Shown: positions 47,691 to 57,779 of the stretch, piece by piece
Numbering within the stretch: position 1 is the stretch's first letter
Layout: every line of letters starts with the position of its first letter
Origin: Patescibacteria group bacterium
Lineage (GTDB): Bacteria; Patescibacteriota; WWE3; JAUXAW01; JAYEID01
Reading direction: 5' to 3'
Length of the DNA stretch: 64,000 bases
NCBI GenBank assembly: GCA_034659915.1
Contig: JAYEID010000013.1
Span: forward strand, 10,627-74,626
Notes under the pieces: model-generated
The model's database searches: none
Told to the model about the DNA's origin: nothing
The model's input: the letters and a program-made list of their open reading frames with translations, nothing else
Translations under genes and position numbers: made by a program

Positions 47691-48875
47691 ATGGCTAAAG
47701 AAAAGTTTGAGAGAACTAAACCCCATGTTAATGTGGGTGCTATTGGTCACGTTGACCATGGCAAAACTACTCTTCTTGCTGCGATGACTAAAGTTCTTAG
47801 CGAGAAGGGTTTATCGGATGAGGTGCCCTTTGAGGATATTGATAAAGCTCCTGAGGAACAAGAAAGGGGTATCACAATTGCTATTTCTCATGTGGAGTAT
47901 GAAACTGAGAATAGGCACTATGCCCACATTGATTGTCCTGGTCACGCAGACTATGTGAAGAATATGATTACTGGTGCTGCTCAGATGGATGGGGCTATTC
48001 TAGTAGTGGCTGCGGACGATGGTCCAATGCCTCAGACTAGGGAGCATATCCTTCTTGCGCGTCAGGTGAATGTACCGGCAATGGTTGTTTTCTTGAATAA
48101 GACTGATTTAGTTGAGGATGAAGAACTTCTAGATTACGTAGAAGAAGAAGTAAGGGATCTTCTTAACCAGTATGAATTTCCTGGGGACAAAATTCCTGTT
48201 ATTCGCGGTTCTGCTGAACAAGCCTTGCAGGGCGATGAAAAGGCCAAGGAGCAGGTTTATAAACTTGTTCAAGCTTTGGATGATTATATTCCCGAGCCTG
48301 AGCGAGAACTTGATAAGCCATTTCTAATGCCTGTGGAGGACGTATTTTCCATTGAAGGCCGTGGTACTGTTGCAACTGGAAGGATTGAACGCGGAACTGT
48401 TGATTTGAAGGACGAAGTTGAGATTATAGGTATTAAAGAAACAGAGGAAAGTGTTGTTACTGGTATTGAGATGTTTAGGAAGCAGATGGATAGTGCTCAA
48501 GCCGGCGACAACGTTGGTATTCTTCTTCGAGGTATTAATAAGGACGATATTGAGCGTGGGCAGGTTCTGGCCGAGCCGGGAACTGTTACTCCTCACACTG
48601 AGTTTGAAGCAGAGGTTTATATTCTTACTAAGGAAGAGGGCGGGCGTCATACTCCCTTCTTTTCAGGATACCGTCCACAGTTTTACATTCGGACTACGGA
48701 TGTGACTGGTGAGGTGGAACTGCCTGAGGATGTGGAAATGGTAATGCCTGGCGACAATGTAAAAATGAAGGTAAAACTAATTACTCCGATTGCTATGGAA
48801 GAGAACTTGCGTTTTGCTATTCGTGAGGGTGGAAAAACTGTAGGAGCAGGTGTTGTTTCGAAAGTAATTAAATAA
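47691..48875 (+). CDS. tuf: Elongation factor Tu
   Basis: [17 protein letters not shown]; AGGAGG RBS before ATG 47691. Confidence 0.99.
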   Translation: MAKEKFERTKPHVNVGAIGHVDHGKTTLLAAMTKVLSEKGLSDEVPFEDIDKAPEEQERGITIAISHVEYETENRHYAHIDCPGHADYVKNMITGAAQMDGAILVVAADDGPMPQTREHILLARQVNVPAMVVFLNKTDLVEDEELLDYVEEEVRDLLNQYEFPGDKIPVIRGSAEQALQGDEKAKEQVYKLVQALDDYIPEPERELDKPFLMPVEDVFSIEGRGTVATGRIERGTVDLKDEVEIIGIKETEESVVTGIEMFRKQMDSAQAGDNVGILLRGINKDDIERGQVLAEPGTVTPHTEFEAEVYILTKEEGGRHTPFFSGYRPQFYIRTTDVTGEVELPEDVEMVMPGDNVKMKVKLITPIAMEENLRFAIREGGKTVGAGVVSKVIK

Positions 48876-48937
48876 TAATTACGAGGTTAGGAACGAAGTG
48901 CTAAGAATAGGGTGTGGCCTGCCCAAGGTGCATTGCA

Positions 48938-49249
48938 ATGGTTAAAGGTAATAAAATTAGAGTACGCTTAAAAGCTTATGATCATCGAGTAATTGATCAA
49001 TCAGCAGAGAAGATTGTGGATGTGGCAATAAGGACGGGAGCAAGAGTTTCGGGGCCAGTACCCCTGCCAACTGAGATTGAGCGTTGGACAGTTTGTGCTA
49101 GTCCTCATGTTGATAAGCGCTCGATGGAACAGTTTGAGCGGCGCACGCACAAGAGACTAGTTGATATTTTGGAGCCGACTCCAAAAACTTTAGATGAGCT
49201 TTCTCATCTCAACCTTCCTGCGGGTGTGGGAATTGAGATTGAAGGCTAG
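48938..49249 (+). CDS. rpsJ: 30S ribosomal protein uS10
   Basis: [17 protein letters not shown]. Confidence 0.98.
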   Translation: MVKGNKIRVRLKAYDHRVIDQSAEKIVDVAIRTGARVSGPVPLPTEIERWTVCASPHVDKRSMEQFERRTHKRLVDILEPTPKTLDELSHLNLPAGVGIEIEG

Positions 49250-49430
49250 GTTTTTCTATTTATTTTTTTTTTGGAAGATGGGATTGTTTAGGTTAATTTC
49301 AAAAATAAACCTCAAGAATATTGTATTCATGGGAATAGACATTTTTGATTCATAAGAAGATTTGGTATAAATTTCGTCTCTTGCGTGGGCGCCAAATCGG
49401 CGTCTTTTTTAATGCCAAAATAAGGGAAAA

Positions 49431-49856
49431 ATGGAAGTAAAAGCAAAGAAACTAAACATGAGTAGAATTTTTACTAAGGGAGGTGCTCCCCAGCCAGTTA
49501 CTCTTGTCAAGGTTGATGATCTTGAAGATTTTGAAGTGGGTGACTTAGTTGTCGTTTCGGGAAAGACTAAAGGTAAGGGGTTTGCTGGTGTTATAAAGCG
49601 GTGGGGGTTTAAAGGTGGTCCGCGAACACACGGCCAGTCAGATCGAGAGCGTGCTCCAGGTTCTATTGGTGGTACTACTGACCCAGGTCGAGTATGGCCC
49701 GGGAAAAAAATGCCAGGGAGGATGGGAGGAAATAATATAACTGTGAAGGGATTGGAGATATTAGAAATTGACGAGGAAAATAATATTTTAAAGATAAAAG
49801 GCTCGATTCCTGGACCTCGGGGTAATGAGGTTACTATTACAAAAAAAGAAAGGTAG
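49431..49856 (+). CDS. rplC: 50S ribosomal protein uL3 (internally shortened)
   Basis: KGKGFAGVIKRW, THGQSDRERAPGSIG; 141 aa. Confidence 0.93.
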   Translation: MEVKAKKLNMSRIFTKGGAPQPVTLVKVDDLEDFEVGDLVVVSGKTKGKGFAGVIKRWGFKGGPRTHGQSDRERAPGSIGGTTDPGRVWPGKKMPGRMGGNNITVKGLEILEIDEENNILKIKGSIPGPRGNEVTITKKER

Positions 49857-49879
49857 CACTTTTTGTTTGTTGATTTGTT

Positions 49880-50533
49880 ATGAAAGTAAGTATTTTTAAT
49901 ACAAAAGGAGAAGAATTAAAGACTCTAGCAACACTTGCACCAGAGATTTTTGAGGTAGAGCCAAAAGAAGAGCTTCTAGCTCGGTACGTTCGGACCTATC
50001 AACATAACCAAAGGCAAGGTACTGTTAAAACAAAGAATCGGAAGGATGTTTCTGGTGGTGGTCGCAAACCGTGGCCGCAAAAAGGTACTGGGCGAGCGCG
50101 CCATGGGTCAATTCGTTCACCGCTTTGGGTTGGTGGTGGTACTGTGTTTGGTCCGCAACCGCGGGATTGGGGGTTGAAGCTTCCAAAGAAAATGCGAAGA
50201 AAAGCTTTATTTATGGCATTGTCTGATAAAGTGCAGGAAGATGGCGTTGTTGTTTTGAACAAGTTAACACTATCAAAAATAAGCACAAAGGAAATAAATA
50301 GGATTATTGAGAATGTTTTGGGGGAAAAGCTGGAAATTGTCGGTAAAATCTTGATAGTTTTACCTGGTAGTGGTGAAGAAGAAAATGTTTATCTTTCGGC
50401 GCGGAATATTCCCAATGTGCAGTGTGTTCCTGTTCAGAGTTTAAACGCGTACCTGGTATTGGAAGCAGATAAGATAATTTTTACTAAGAACAGCTTGTCT
50501 TTGCTGGAGGATATATTTTTTGCTAAGGGTTAA
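49880..50533 (+). CDS. rplD: 50S ribosomal protein uL4
   Basis: [16 protein letters not shown]. Confidence 0.98.
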   Translation: MKVSIFNTKGEELKTLATLAPEIFEVEPKEELLARYVRTYQHNQRQGTVKTKNRKDVSGGGRKPWPQKGTGRARHGSIRSPLWVGGGTVFGPQPRDWGLKLPKKMRRKALFMALSDKVQEDGVVVLNKLTLSKISTKEINRIIENVLGEKLEIVGKILIVLPGSGEEENVYLSARNIPNVQCVPVQSLNAYLVLEADKIIFTKNSLSLLEDIFFAKG

Positions 50534-50535
50534 TT

Positions 50536-50832
50536 ATGAAAAAGTACCGAGAGATTTTGAAAAAACCTATTGTAACTGAGAAGACTTTGCGGTTGGCGCG
50601 TGAAAATAATGACTATACTTTTGAGGTTGCATTAAAAGCTTCCAAGGGAGCTATTAAAGAAGCTGTTGAGGAAATGTTTAATGTTGAGGTAGAGGATGTT
50701 CGAACTTTGAAAAGAGCTGCTAAGAATAAAAGGGTTTGGGGAACGTGGAGATACACGCGAAAAGGTCCGTGGAAAAAAGCAGTTGTCAAATTGGCAGAAG
50801 GTGACGAAATCGAAGGTTTTGGGATTGAATAG
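50536..50832 (+). CDS. rplW: 50S ribosomal protein uL23
   Basis: PIVTEK, WKKAVV. Confidence 0.97.
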   Translation: MKKYREILKKPIVTEKTLRLARENNDYTFEVALKASKGAIKEAVEEMFNVEVEDVRTLKRAAKNKRVWGTWRYTRKGPWKKAVVKLAEGDEIEGFGIE

Positions 50833-50853
50833 TAGGTAGTATTGTGGATGCGC

Positions 50854-51025
50854 CGGTGCTACACGCTTTCAAGAGCCCTTGTACTACATAGAGTACAGGG
50901 CAGGCCGTGCTTAGGATTGAGCGCGTTTACCCCGAACCCTGCGTGGTTTGGGGCTTAGAGAAAAATTTGCTTTTAGTTTATTGTTAATTGATAGGTTATT
51001 GTGGGCAAATTTTTCTATGCTCTTG
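50854..51025. repeat. 172-bp structured spacer element, family A, copy 2
   Basis: Identical to 39973-40144. Confidence 0.95.
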
Positions 51026-51185
51026 ATCCCCGCCGCATCTTCGAGTTTGGGGGGTTACAACTTGAAAGATTCCGTTCTAATTCGCGTAAATTCGTTTTAG
51101 ATTAGTGTGAATTCGTGTGGGTTCCGGAAACAATGCGATCACATTTCTTTTATCGATTAACTGTCAAAGCTGTCTAGTTGATATT

Positions 51186-52010
51186 ATGAAAAAGTATAAA
51201 CCGACATCCCCGGGGCGACGGCACCGTGTGGATATAGATAAAAGTAAATTATCTAAAAAAGGACCGGAAAAGAAGCTTTCTTCTGGTGTTAAAGAGAAGG
51301 CTGGTCGTTCAGGTGGTAAAATTTCTGTTCGCCACAAAGGGAGTCGGGTAAAAAGGAAATTTAGGAATATTGATTTTAAAAGGAAGAAAAGAAGTATTCC
51401 CGGTGAGGTAGTTTCTTTGGAATATGATCCTAATCGGAGTGCGCATATTGCACTAATAAAATACGCGGATGGTGAAAAAAATTATATAATTGCACCTCAT
51501 GGCTTAGAAGTCGGAGAAAAAATTGTGGCAGGGGAAGATGTGGAGGTTAAAAGGGGTAATGCTATGCCTCTAGCTAATGTTCCTTTAGGAGAAGAGGTAC
51601 ACAATGTGGAGCTCCATCCTGGCGGTGGGGGGCAAATGGTTAGATCTGCTGGTACCAGTGCTCGGGTTATTGCCAAACCTGGTAAATATGTGCACTTGAA
51701 AATGCCTTCTGGTGAGGTCCGAAAGGTTTTGTCTTCTTGTTATGCTACCGTAGGTGGTGTGTCCAATCCTGATTGGGAAAATAAGAATTGGGGTAAGGCT
51801 GGTCGTAAGCGCCACTTAGGTATTAGACCAACGGTAAGGGGTTCGGCTATGGCTCCGGATGCTCACCCTCATGGTGGTGGAGAAGGAAGGACTGGGGAAG
51901 GGATGCCTTCTCCTAAGACTCCTTGGGGAAAGAAAACTCGTGGTAAGAAAACCCGAAAACGAAAACATACGGATAAGTACATAGTAAAAGATAGGCGGGA
52001 GAAGAAATAA
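51186..52010 (+). CDS. rplB: 50S ribosomal protein uL2
   Basis: EYDPNRSA, HPHGGGEG; ATG 51186. Confidence 0.98.
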   Translation: MKKYKPTSPGRRHRVDIDKSKLSKKGPEKKLSSGVKEKAGRSGGKISVRHKGSRVKRKFRNIDFKRKKRSIPGEVVSLEYDPNRSAHIALIKYADGEKNYIIAPHGLEVGEKIVAGEDVEVKRGNAMPLANVPLGEEVHNVELHPGGGGQMVRSAGTSARVIAKPGKYVHLKMPSGEVRKVLSSCYATVGGVSNPDWENKNWGKAGRKRHLGIRPTVRGSAMAPDAHPHGGGEGRTGEGMPSPKTPWGKKTRGKKTRKRKHTDKYIVKDRREKK

Positions 52011-52113
52011 GCATTTTTAAAAGCACCAAACATCAAATACCAAGTTCCAGAAGTTTGTTATTTGAAGTTTGGAGTTTGGAATTTAAAATTTAGTATTTAG
52101 AATTTAAAAAATT

Positions 52114-52407
52114 ATGTCTAGATCAACAAAAAAAGGTCCTTATGTGGACCCGAGACTATTGGAAAAAGTTAAAAAAGCAAAAAAGACTAGCTCTCAGGAG
52201 CCGATAAAAACATGGGCGCGAGGTAGTAATATAAGCCCAGAAATGGTGGGTGTAACTATAGCTGTTCATAATGGGCGGGAGCATGTGCCTGTTTTTATTA
52301 CTGAGGCTATGGTGGGCCACAAATTAGGTGAGTTTGTGCCAACTCGTACTTTCCGTAAGCACGGGAAGAAGGGTGTCAAATCAACCCTTTCCGAAGGCCG
52401 TGTTTAA
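52114..52407 (+). CDS. rpsS: 30S ribosomal protein uS19
   Basis: [18 protein letters not shown]. Confidence 0.98.
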   Translation: MSRSTKKGPYVDPRLLEKVKKAKKTSSQEPIKTWARGSNISPEMVGVTIAVHNGREHVPVFITEAMVGHKLGEFVPTRTFRKHGKKGVKSTLSEGRV

Positions 52408-52484
52408 GGGAGAATTTCGAAATTCGAATCTCGAAATCCAAAATATTTGGAGCTTAGGATTTAGAATTTATGATTTAAATTATT

Positions 52485-52823
52485 ATGGTTGTTTATGCTC
52501 GAAGCAAAAGTTTACCAATATCTCCGCAGAAGATGAACTTGGTTTTGGATTTAATTCGGGGAAAAGATATTGCAGAAGCAAGGAAGATACTTACTTTTTC
52601 TACAAAGAAGGCAGCCGGTCTTGCTAAGAAGGCTTTGAATTCAGCTGTAGCAGATGCTAAGCACAATGAGGGTTTAAGAGAAGATGAGCTAAAAATAGTG
52701 GAAGCCCGAGCAGATAAGGCTCCTACTTTGAAGCGGATCCGGCCTAGAGCTAGGGGGCGTGCTGATAGAATTTTAAAAAGACGTACACATCTTACCATTG
52801 GTGTAGGGACGGAAGAAGGATAA
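52485..52823 (+). CDS. rplV: 50S ribosomal protein uL22
   Basis: ISPQK, PRARGRA...RTHLTI. Confidence 0.97.
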   Translation: MVVYARSKSLPISPQKMNLVLDLIRGKDIAEARKILTFSTKKAAGLAKKALNSAVADAKHNEGLREDELKIVEARADKAPTLKRIRPRARGRADRILKRRTHLTIGVGTEEG

Positions 52824-52958
52824 TCGCAGGTTTTTTTGTCTGTGTAAATCCTTGTTTATACAGTTAACACTTTATTGGTAGTTGCGCATTTATTGATAAT
52901 TTATTTGTTTTGAATTTCCGCGGATATGTAGATTCGCGTTAATTCTACGAGGTTAAAT

Positions 52959-53591
52959 ATGGGTCAAAAAACACATCCGATTGGATTTAGATTAGGGACA
53001 ACTTCAGATTGGAAATCACAGTGGTTCGAGGAAGATCCAGAAGCCTATGCGGAAAAAGTTTTGGAAGATAGGAAGATTAGAGAGTTTATTCGGGAGAATG
53101 TTGGTAGGGCTGGTGTTAGCGAGATACGAATTGAACGATCTCTGGATGATATTAAAGTAACTATTAAGGTTGCTCGACCAGGTATGGTAATTGGGCGTGG
53201 TGGTTCTAGAATTGAACTTTTGCGCGACGGTTTAGAAGATATTTGTAGTAAAAAACCAGAGATCTCGGTTGAGGAGGTCAAGACTCCCGCACTTTCTGCT
53301 AGGTTAATTGCTGAAAATATAGCTCGGCAAATTGAACGACGCCGCTCCCCCATTGGAGTTATGAACTCGCAAGCTAGCAAAGCAATTTATAAAGGGGCAA
53401 AGGGAATAAAGATTCAAGTACGAGGGCGGTTATATGGTAGCCAGTATGCGCGGAAAGCAGAGGTTACTGAAGGTTCAGTTCCTTTGCAAACAATTCGTGC
53501 AAGTATTGATTATGCTTTTGATGAAGCAAGAACTAAGTATGGGAAAATCGGGGTTAAAGTTTGGGTTTATTTGGGAGAAGAGGAAATATAA
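52959..53591 (+). CDS. rpsC: 30S ribosomal protein uS3
   Basis: MGQKTHPIGFRLG, VPLQTIRA. Confidence 0.98.
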   Translation: MGQKTHPIGFRLGTTSDWKSQWFEEDPEAYAEKVLEDRKIREFIRENVGRAGVSEIRIERSLDDIKVTIKVARPGMVIGRGGSRIELLRDGLEDICSKKPEISVEEVKTPALSARLIAENIARQIERRRSPIGVMNSQASKAIYKGAKGIKIQVRGRLYGSQYARKAEVTEGSVPLQTIRASIDYAFDEARTKYGKIGVKVWVYLGEEEI

Positions 53592-53599
53592 TATGAAAA

Positions 53600-53760
53600 G
53601 ACTTTGGCGGGCACCCCGCCTCTCAGGGCCGCTCGCGCCTGTCGAAGTTTAAGTCTGATTTGGTTAAGCGCTTGCTTTGTGATCAAAAGTCGAATGGTGT
53701 CAGTGAATAATTGTAGCGACTTTTGATCAAAACCCTTCAAGGCGGGAGCCAGCCAACGTC
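53600..53760. repeat. Palindromic spacer element, family B, with internal insertion
   Basis: Homologous to 15864-15978; extra hairpin bounded by duplicated tgatcaaaa. Confidence 0.85.
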
Positions 53761-53850
53761 TTGTTAGATTCTTAGTTTGGAGTTTTTGATTTGTTGTTTA
53801 TTTGAAATTTGTAATTTGTTCCGCCGGCCGGCGGATTGGAATTATTAACT

Positions 53851-54270
53851 ATGTTGTATCCAAAAAAGAAGAAATATAGAAGAGAATTTAGAGGAACTCT
53901 TAAAGGTGTTGCTCAACGAGGGACAACACTGGCTTTTGGTGATTATGGTTTAAAAGCCTTGGGTAATGGTTGGATAACTATGCGCCAAATAGAAGCAGCA
54001 CGGAGGGCTATAGTTCATTCTACCAAGAGAAGTGGGAAAATGTGGATAAGGATTTTTCCAGATAAGCCTGTTACAGCTAGACCTGCGGGAATGAGAATGG
54101 GTCGGGGTAAGGGTCCTGTTGACCATTATGTGGCGCCAGTTAAGGCTGGAAGAATTCTGTTTGAGTTGGGAGGATTAGATGAGGGTGCTGCTCGAGAAGC
54201 TTTGCGGCGTGCTGCTAACAAGCTTCCAACTAAGACAGAAATAGTTACTCAAGAGGATTTTGTAGTTTAA
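53851..54270 (+). CDS. rplP: 50S ribosomal protein uL16
   Basis: QIEAARRA, IRIFPDKP, RMGRGKG. Confidence 0.98.
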   Translation: MLYPKKKKYRREFRGTLKGVAQRGTTLAFGDYGLKALGNGWITMRQIEAARRAIVHSTKRSGKMWIRIFPDKPVTARPAGMRMGRGKGPVDHYVAPVKAGRILFELGGLDEGAAREALRRAANKLPTKTEIVTQEDFVV

Positions 54271-54285
54271 ATTTTTTAAAATAAA

Positions 54286-54492
54286 ATGACGAAGGCGCAA
54301 GAATTACGACAAGAAAGTAAAGAAAGTTTGGAAAAGAAATTAAAGGATTTGCAAAAAGAGTTAATGAATTTACAGATGGAGCACCGAACTGATGGGTTGG
54401 TGGATACTACCGTTTTAAGTAAAAAGAGAAGGGAAATAGCAAAGATAAAAACAGTGTTACGAGAAAAAGAGGTTTTAGCTCAGATTGAGTAA
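54286..54492 (+). CDS. rpmC: 50S ribosomal protein uL29
   Basis: KAQELR...RREIAKIKTVL; position in operon. Confidence 0.95.
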   Translation: MTKAQELRQESKESLEKKLKDLQKELMNLQMEHRTDGLVDTTVLSKKRREIAKIKTVLREKEVLAQIE

Positions 54493-54509
54493 GCAGCTGA
54501 TTAACTATT

Positions 54510-54875
54510 ATGTTGCAGCCAGGATCTATTCTAAAAGTAGCTGACAATTCCGGAGCAAAGGAGCTAAAGGTTATTACTATTATTGGTTCCAAAAACTGGG
54601 CAGAGGTTGGGGATGTGGTGTCGGGTTCTGTTCAAGGTGTGACTTCGGGCGAAAGCGAGGTTTCGGACCACGAGGTAGTGAGAGCAGTTGTGGTTCGTAC
54701 TAAGAAGGAGAAAAGGCGTAAGGACGGTTCTTATATTCGTTTTGATGACAATGCTTGTGTTATCTTGGACAAGCGGGGCCTCCTCTTGGGAACACGGGTT
54801 CTTGGTCCGGTTGCTCGTGAAGTTCGAAAATCCGGCTTTGTAGATGTTGCATCCAAAGCGCCGGAAGTTATTTGA
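54510..54875 (+). CDS. rplN: 50S ribosomal protein uL14
   Basis: VADNSGAK, IRFDDNA. Confidence 0.98.
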   Translation: MLQPGSILKVADNSGAKELKVITIIGSKNWAEVGDVVSGSVQGVTSGESEVSDHEVVRAVVVRTKKEKRRKDGSYIRFDDNACVILDKRGLLLGTRVLGPVAREVRKSGFVDVASKAPEVI

Positions 54876-54900
54876 TTTGTAATTAAATTCCGATTTTAGT

Positions 54901-55140
54901 ATGCCAAAGAAAACTCTAGAAGGAAAAGTTATTTCTGACAAAATGGATAAAACTGTGGTGGTTGAAGTTATGCGGACATACCACCACCCGCGCTATAAGA
55001 AGCGCGTTGAGAAACACAAGAAGTATAAGGCTCATGATTCGTTGGGAGCTAAAGTGGGAGATGTTGTGCAAATAGAGGAATGTCGTCCTCTTAGTAAGGA
55101 TAAACACTTTAAGGTGATTAGGATACTCGCGGATTCTTAA
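54901..55140 (+). CDS. rpsQ: 30S ribosomal protein uS17
   Basis: GKVISDKMDKTVVV, ECRPLSK. Confidence 0.98.
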   Translation: MPKKTLEGKVISDKMDKTVVVEVMRTYHHPRYKKRVEKHKKYKAHDSLGAKVGDVVQIEECRPLSKDKHFKVIRILADS

Positions 55141-55250
55141 ATTTGGTGGAGATCCAATAAGCATATTCTATTAACAACCTATTTGTTGCCTAATTGCGGA
55201 CAGTAGTTTGAAAGCTTTTCGCAGATGGAATCTGCGGGAGTTAGCATTAA

Positions 55251-55559
55251 ATGAAAATACATTCTGGTGATAAGGTAAAAATAATTTCTGGTAAAGACCG
55301 TAGTAAGACTGGTACTGTAGAAAAGGCTTACCCGAAAAAGGGTAAGGTTTTGGTGCCAGGAATACATGTAGTTAAAAAACATGTACCACCTACTGAAGAT
55401 AAACCTGAGGGTGGTTACATTGAAAAGTCATTGCCAATTGATGTTTCCAACGTTATGTTAATTTGTTCCAATTGTGGAGAACCCACAAGAGTTGGATTCT
55501 CTTTTGAGGGAGGTCGAAAGTTACGTAAGTGTAAAAAGTGCGGTTCCATGTTGAGTTGA
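55251..55559 (+). CDS. rplX: 50S ribosomal protein uL24
   Basis: KOW motif GDKVKIISGKD, PIDVSNV. Confidence 0.98.
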   Translation: MKIHSGDKVKIISGKDRSKTGTVEKAYPKKGKVLVPGIHVVKKHVPPTEDKPEGGYIEKSLPIDVSNVMLICSNCGEPTRVGFSFEGGRKLRKCKKCGSMLS

Positions 55560-55569
55560 AGTTTAAATT

Positions 55570-56115
55570 ATGAATCTTGAAGAGCGATTTGAAAAAGAAA
55601 TAGTCCCAGAGCTGCAGGAGAATTTGGATATATCTAATATTTTGGCTGTGCCGCGCCCCAAGAAAGTTGTGGTTAATATGGGTATTGGTGAGGCGAAAGA
55701 TGATAAAGATTTGTTAGAGGAGGCAAGGCGGGAATTAGCTCAGATAACGGGGCAAGTTCCAAATGTTCGGCGTGCCAAGCATTCGGAAGCAGGTTGGGGT
55801 ATTACTAAAGGTGATCCAATTGGGTTAGCTGTTACCTTACGTGGTACTCGAATGTGGTCTTTCTTGGACAAAATTGTGAAAGCAGCCTTGCCGCGAGTTA
55901 GGGATTTCCAAGGAGTGAAAAAAACTGCTTTTGATGGGCACGGTAATTATTCGTTAGGTTTTAAGGACCATACTATCTTTCCAGAAATGGATGCGGATGA
56001 AGTGGATAGGTCCAAAGGGTTACAAGTAACAATTGTTACCAGTACTGAAAGTGACCAAGAGGGTTATGCATTATTGAGCGCCCTAGGATTCCCATTTATA
56101 GAAGAGGAATCTTAA
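55570..56115 (+). CDS. rplE: 50S ribosomal protein uL5
   Basis: [26 protein letters not shown]. Confidence 0.98.
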   Translation: MNLEERFEKEIVPELQENLDISNILAVPRPKKVVVNMGIGEAKDDKDLLEEARRELAQITGQVPNVRRAKHSEAGWGITKGDPIGLAVTLRGTRMWSFLDKIVKAALPRVRDFQGVKKTAFDGHGNYSLGFKDHTIFPEMDADEVDRSKGLQVTIVTSTESDQEGYALLSALGFPFIEEES

Positions 56116-56230
56116 GATTGGCCTTAATGGCTTCAGTGGTATCAGTAGATTCAATAGTTTTTATCCGGCTCCTGAATCTATTGAAGCCCTTGAGGCTCTT
56201 GAAGCTCTTTTGTTTCCGAAGGAAGCTATT

Positions 56231-56416
56231 ATGGCGAGAAAAGCATTAGAAGAAAAGCAAAGAAAAGAGAAAAAGTATGATACGCGTGATTATACGCGTT
56301 GTAAGCTTTGTGGTCGATCGCGTGGTTACATGAGAGATTTTGGCATGTGTCGAATTTGTTTTAGAGAGCTGGCTTTAAAAGGAGAATTGCCTGGCGTAAA
56401 AAAAGCCAGTTGGTAA
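56231..56416 (+). CDS. rpsN: 30S ribosomal protein uS14, Zn-binding type Z
   Basis: RCKLCGR...CRICFRE; 61 aa. Confidence 0.97.
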   Translation: MARKALEEKQRKEKKYDTRDYTRCKLCGRSRGYMRDFGMCRICFRELALKGELPGVKKASW

Positions 56417-56482
56417 TTGCAATTGTAATGCAGTGGTAATATGGTGGTAAAACAGTAAAACAATTGTATTACTATCGTTTTA

Positions 56483-56545
56483 CGCGATTCTGATCGCAGT
56501 TTAACGCAGTTTCCGAACTGCATTTAACGTGAGCGTAGCGAGCTA
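56483..56545. repeat. Micro-hairpin chain element, family C
   Basis: Shares the 24-nt core with 44615-44638. Confidence 0.8.
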
Positions 56546-56547
56546 TT

Positions 56548-56940
56548 ATGGATACTATTGCGAATATGTTAACAAAAATAAAAAATGTGCAAGCAGTAAG
56601 GAAGCCAAAGGTAGAGATTCCTTATTCCCAAAATCGAGAAGCAATAGCTAGCGTTCTGGAAGAGTATGGGTATCTTTCTAAAGTTCGAGTTTATAAGCCG
56701 AAGGGGAAAAGGTTTAAAATGCTTTCGCTGGATCTGAAGTATCTTGATGGGGATCCATTTATTTCTAAGGTGAGAAAGATTTCTAAGCCTGGGCAGAGAA
56801 TATATTCCTCGGCGGAAGATTTACCGCTGGCTTTGGGCGGCAAAGGTTTAGTAATAGTATCTACTTCTCAGGGAGTTATGAGCGCGAAAGAGGCTAAGAA
56901 ACGGAACCTTGGTGGGGAGATTATTTGTGAAGTGTGGTAG
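56548..56940 (+). CDS. rpsH: 30S ribosomal protein uS8
   Basis: DTIANMLTKIKN, SKPGQRIY, GGEIIC. Confidence 0.98.
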   Translation: MDTIANMLTKIKNVQAVRKPKVEIPYSQNREAIASVLEEYGYLSKVRVYKPKGKRFKMLSLDLKYLDGDPFISKVRKISKPGQRIYSSAEDLPLALGGKGLVIVSTSQGVMSAKEAKKRNLGGEIICEVW

Positions 56941-57198
56941 TGACAAACGCGAATCTACACAAATTAAAAGCGAACGAACGCTAATGGAAAAGGAAAGAAG
57001 TAGCAGATTTTCTCGTCCCTGGAAGCCCGCGCTCCTTGTAATGTCCATTTCGAGTTCCGACACTGGTCGAAATGAGAAATCTCAAGAGTAAATAACTATT
57101 GTTTTATGTGGGTCTGCCCGCGATTTAGTGAGGAGTTCTGACGACGAACAATTAACGTGGCTTCTTAGCCACAAATTACGCGCTTTTGGCGCATTATT

Positions 57199-57756
57199 AT
57201 GTCTAGAATAGGTATACAGCCAATACAAATTCCAGAAAAAGTAAGTGTAGAGATTAAACACAATCAGGTGTTAGTTTCTGGTCCAAAAGGGACTGTTGTT
57301 GTTCCTTTTCGGCCTGAAGTTGGGGTGGAGTTGGAGGGGGATCAGCTGGTTGTAAGGAGAAAATCCTCCTCTCGGTTTGCGCGGGCTTTGCATGGTACTG
57401 TGAGAGCTACTCTTGCCAATGCAGTGGAGGGTGTTCAGGAGTTGCACGAGAAAAACCTTGTTTTAAAGGGTTTGGGTTATCGGGCAAGAAAACAAAAGGA
57501 TCAGCTTGTTCTAGATGTTGGTTTTTCTCATCCTGTTAGTTTTAATATTCCCCAAGATCTGCAAGTGACGGTAGAGGGAAGGAGCGAGATTTCGATAAAG
57601 GGGGCTGATAAAGCTGAGGTGGGAAAATTTGCTTCGGAAGTTCGTAGTGCTCGACCCCCAGAACCTTACCAGGGTGAGGGAATACGTTACAAAGGCGAGA
57701 AAATTAGAAGAAAGCCAGGTAAGGCTGCTAAGATGGGGGAGGGTTTTGGTGCGTAA
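57199..57756 (+). CDS. rplF: 50S ribosomal protein uL6
   Basis: MSRIG, GFSHP, RPPEPY. Confidence 0.98.
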   Translation: MSRIGIQPIQIPEKVSVEIKHNQVLVSGPKGTVVVPFRPEVGVELEGDQLVVRRKSSSRFARALHGTVRATLANAVEGVQELHEKNLVLKGLGYRARKQKDQLVLDVGFSHPVSFNIPQDLQVTVEGRSEISIKGADKAEVGKFASEVRSARPPEPYQGEGIRYKGEKIRRKPGKAAKMGEGFGA

Positions 57757-57779
57757 TAGTTTAGTAGGTTTTAATAAAA

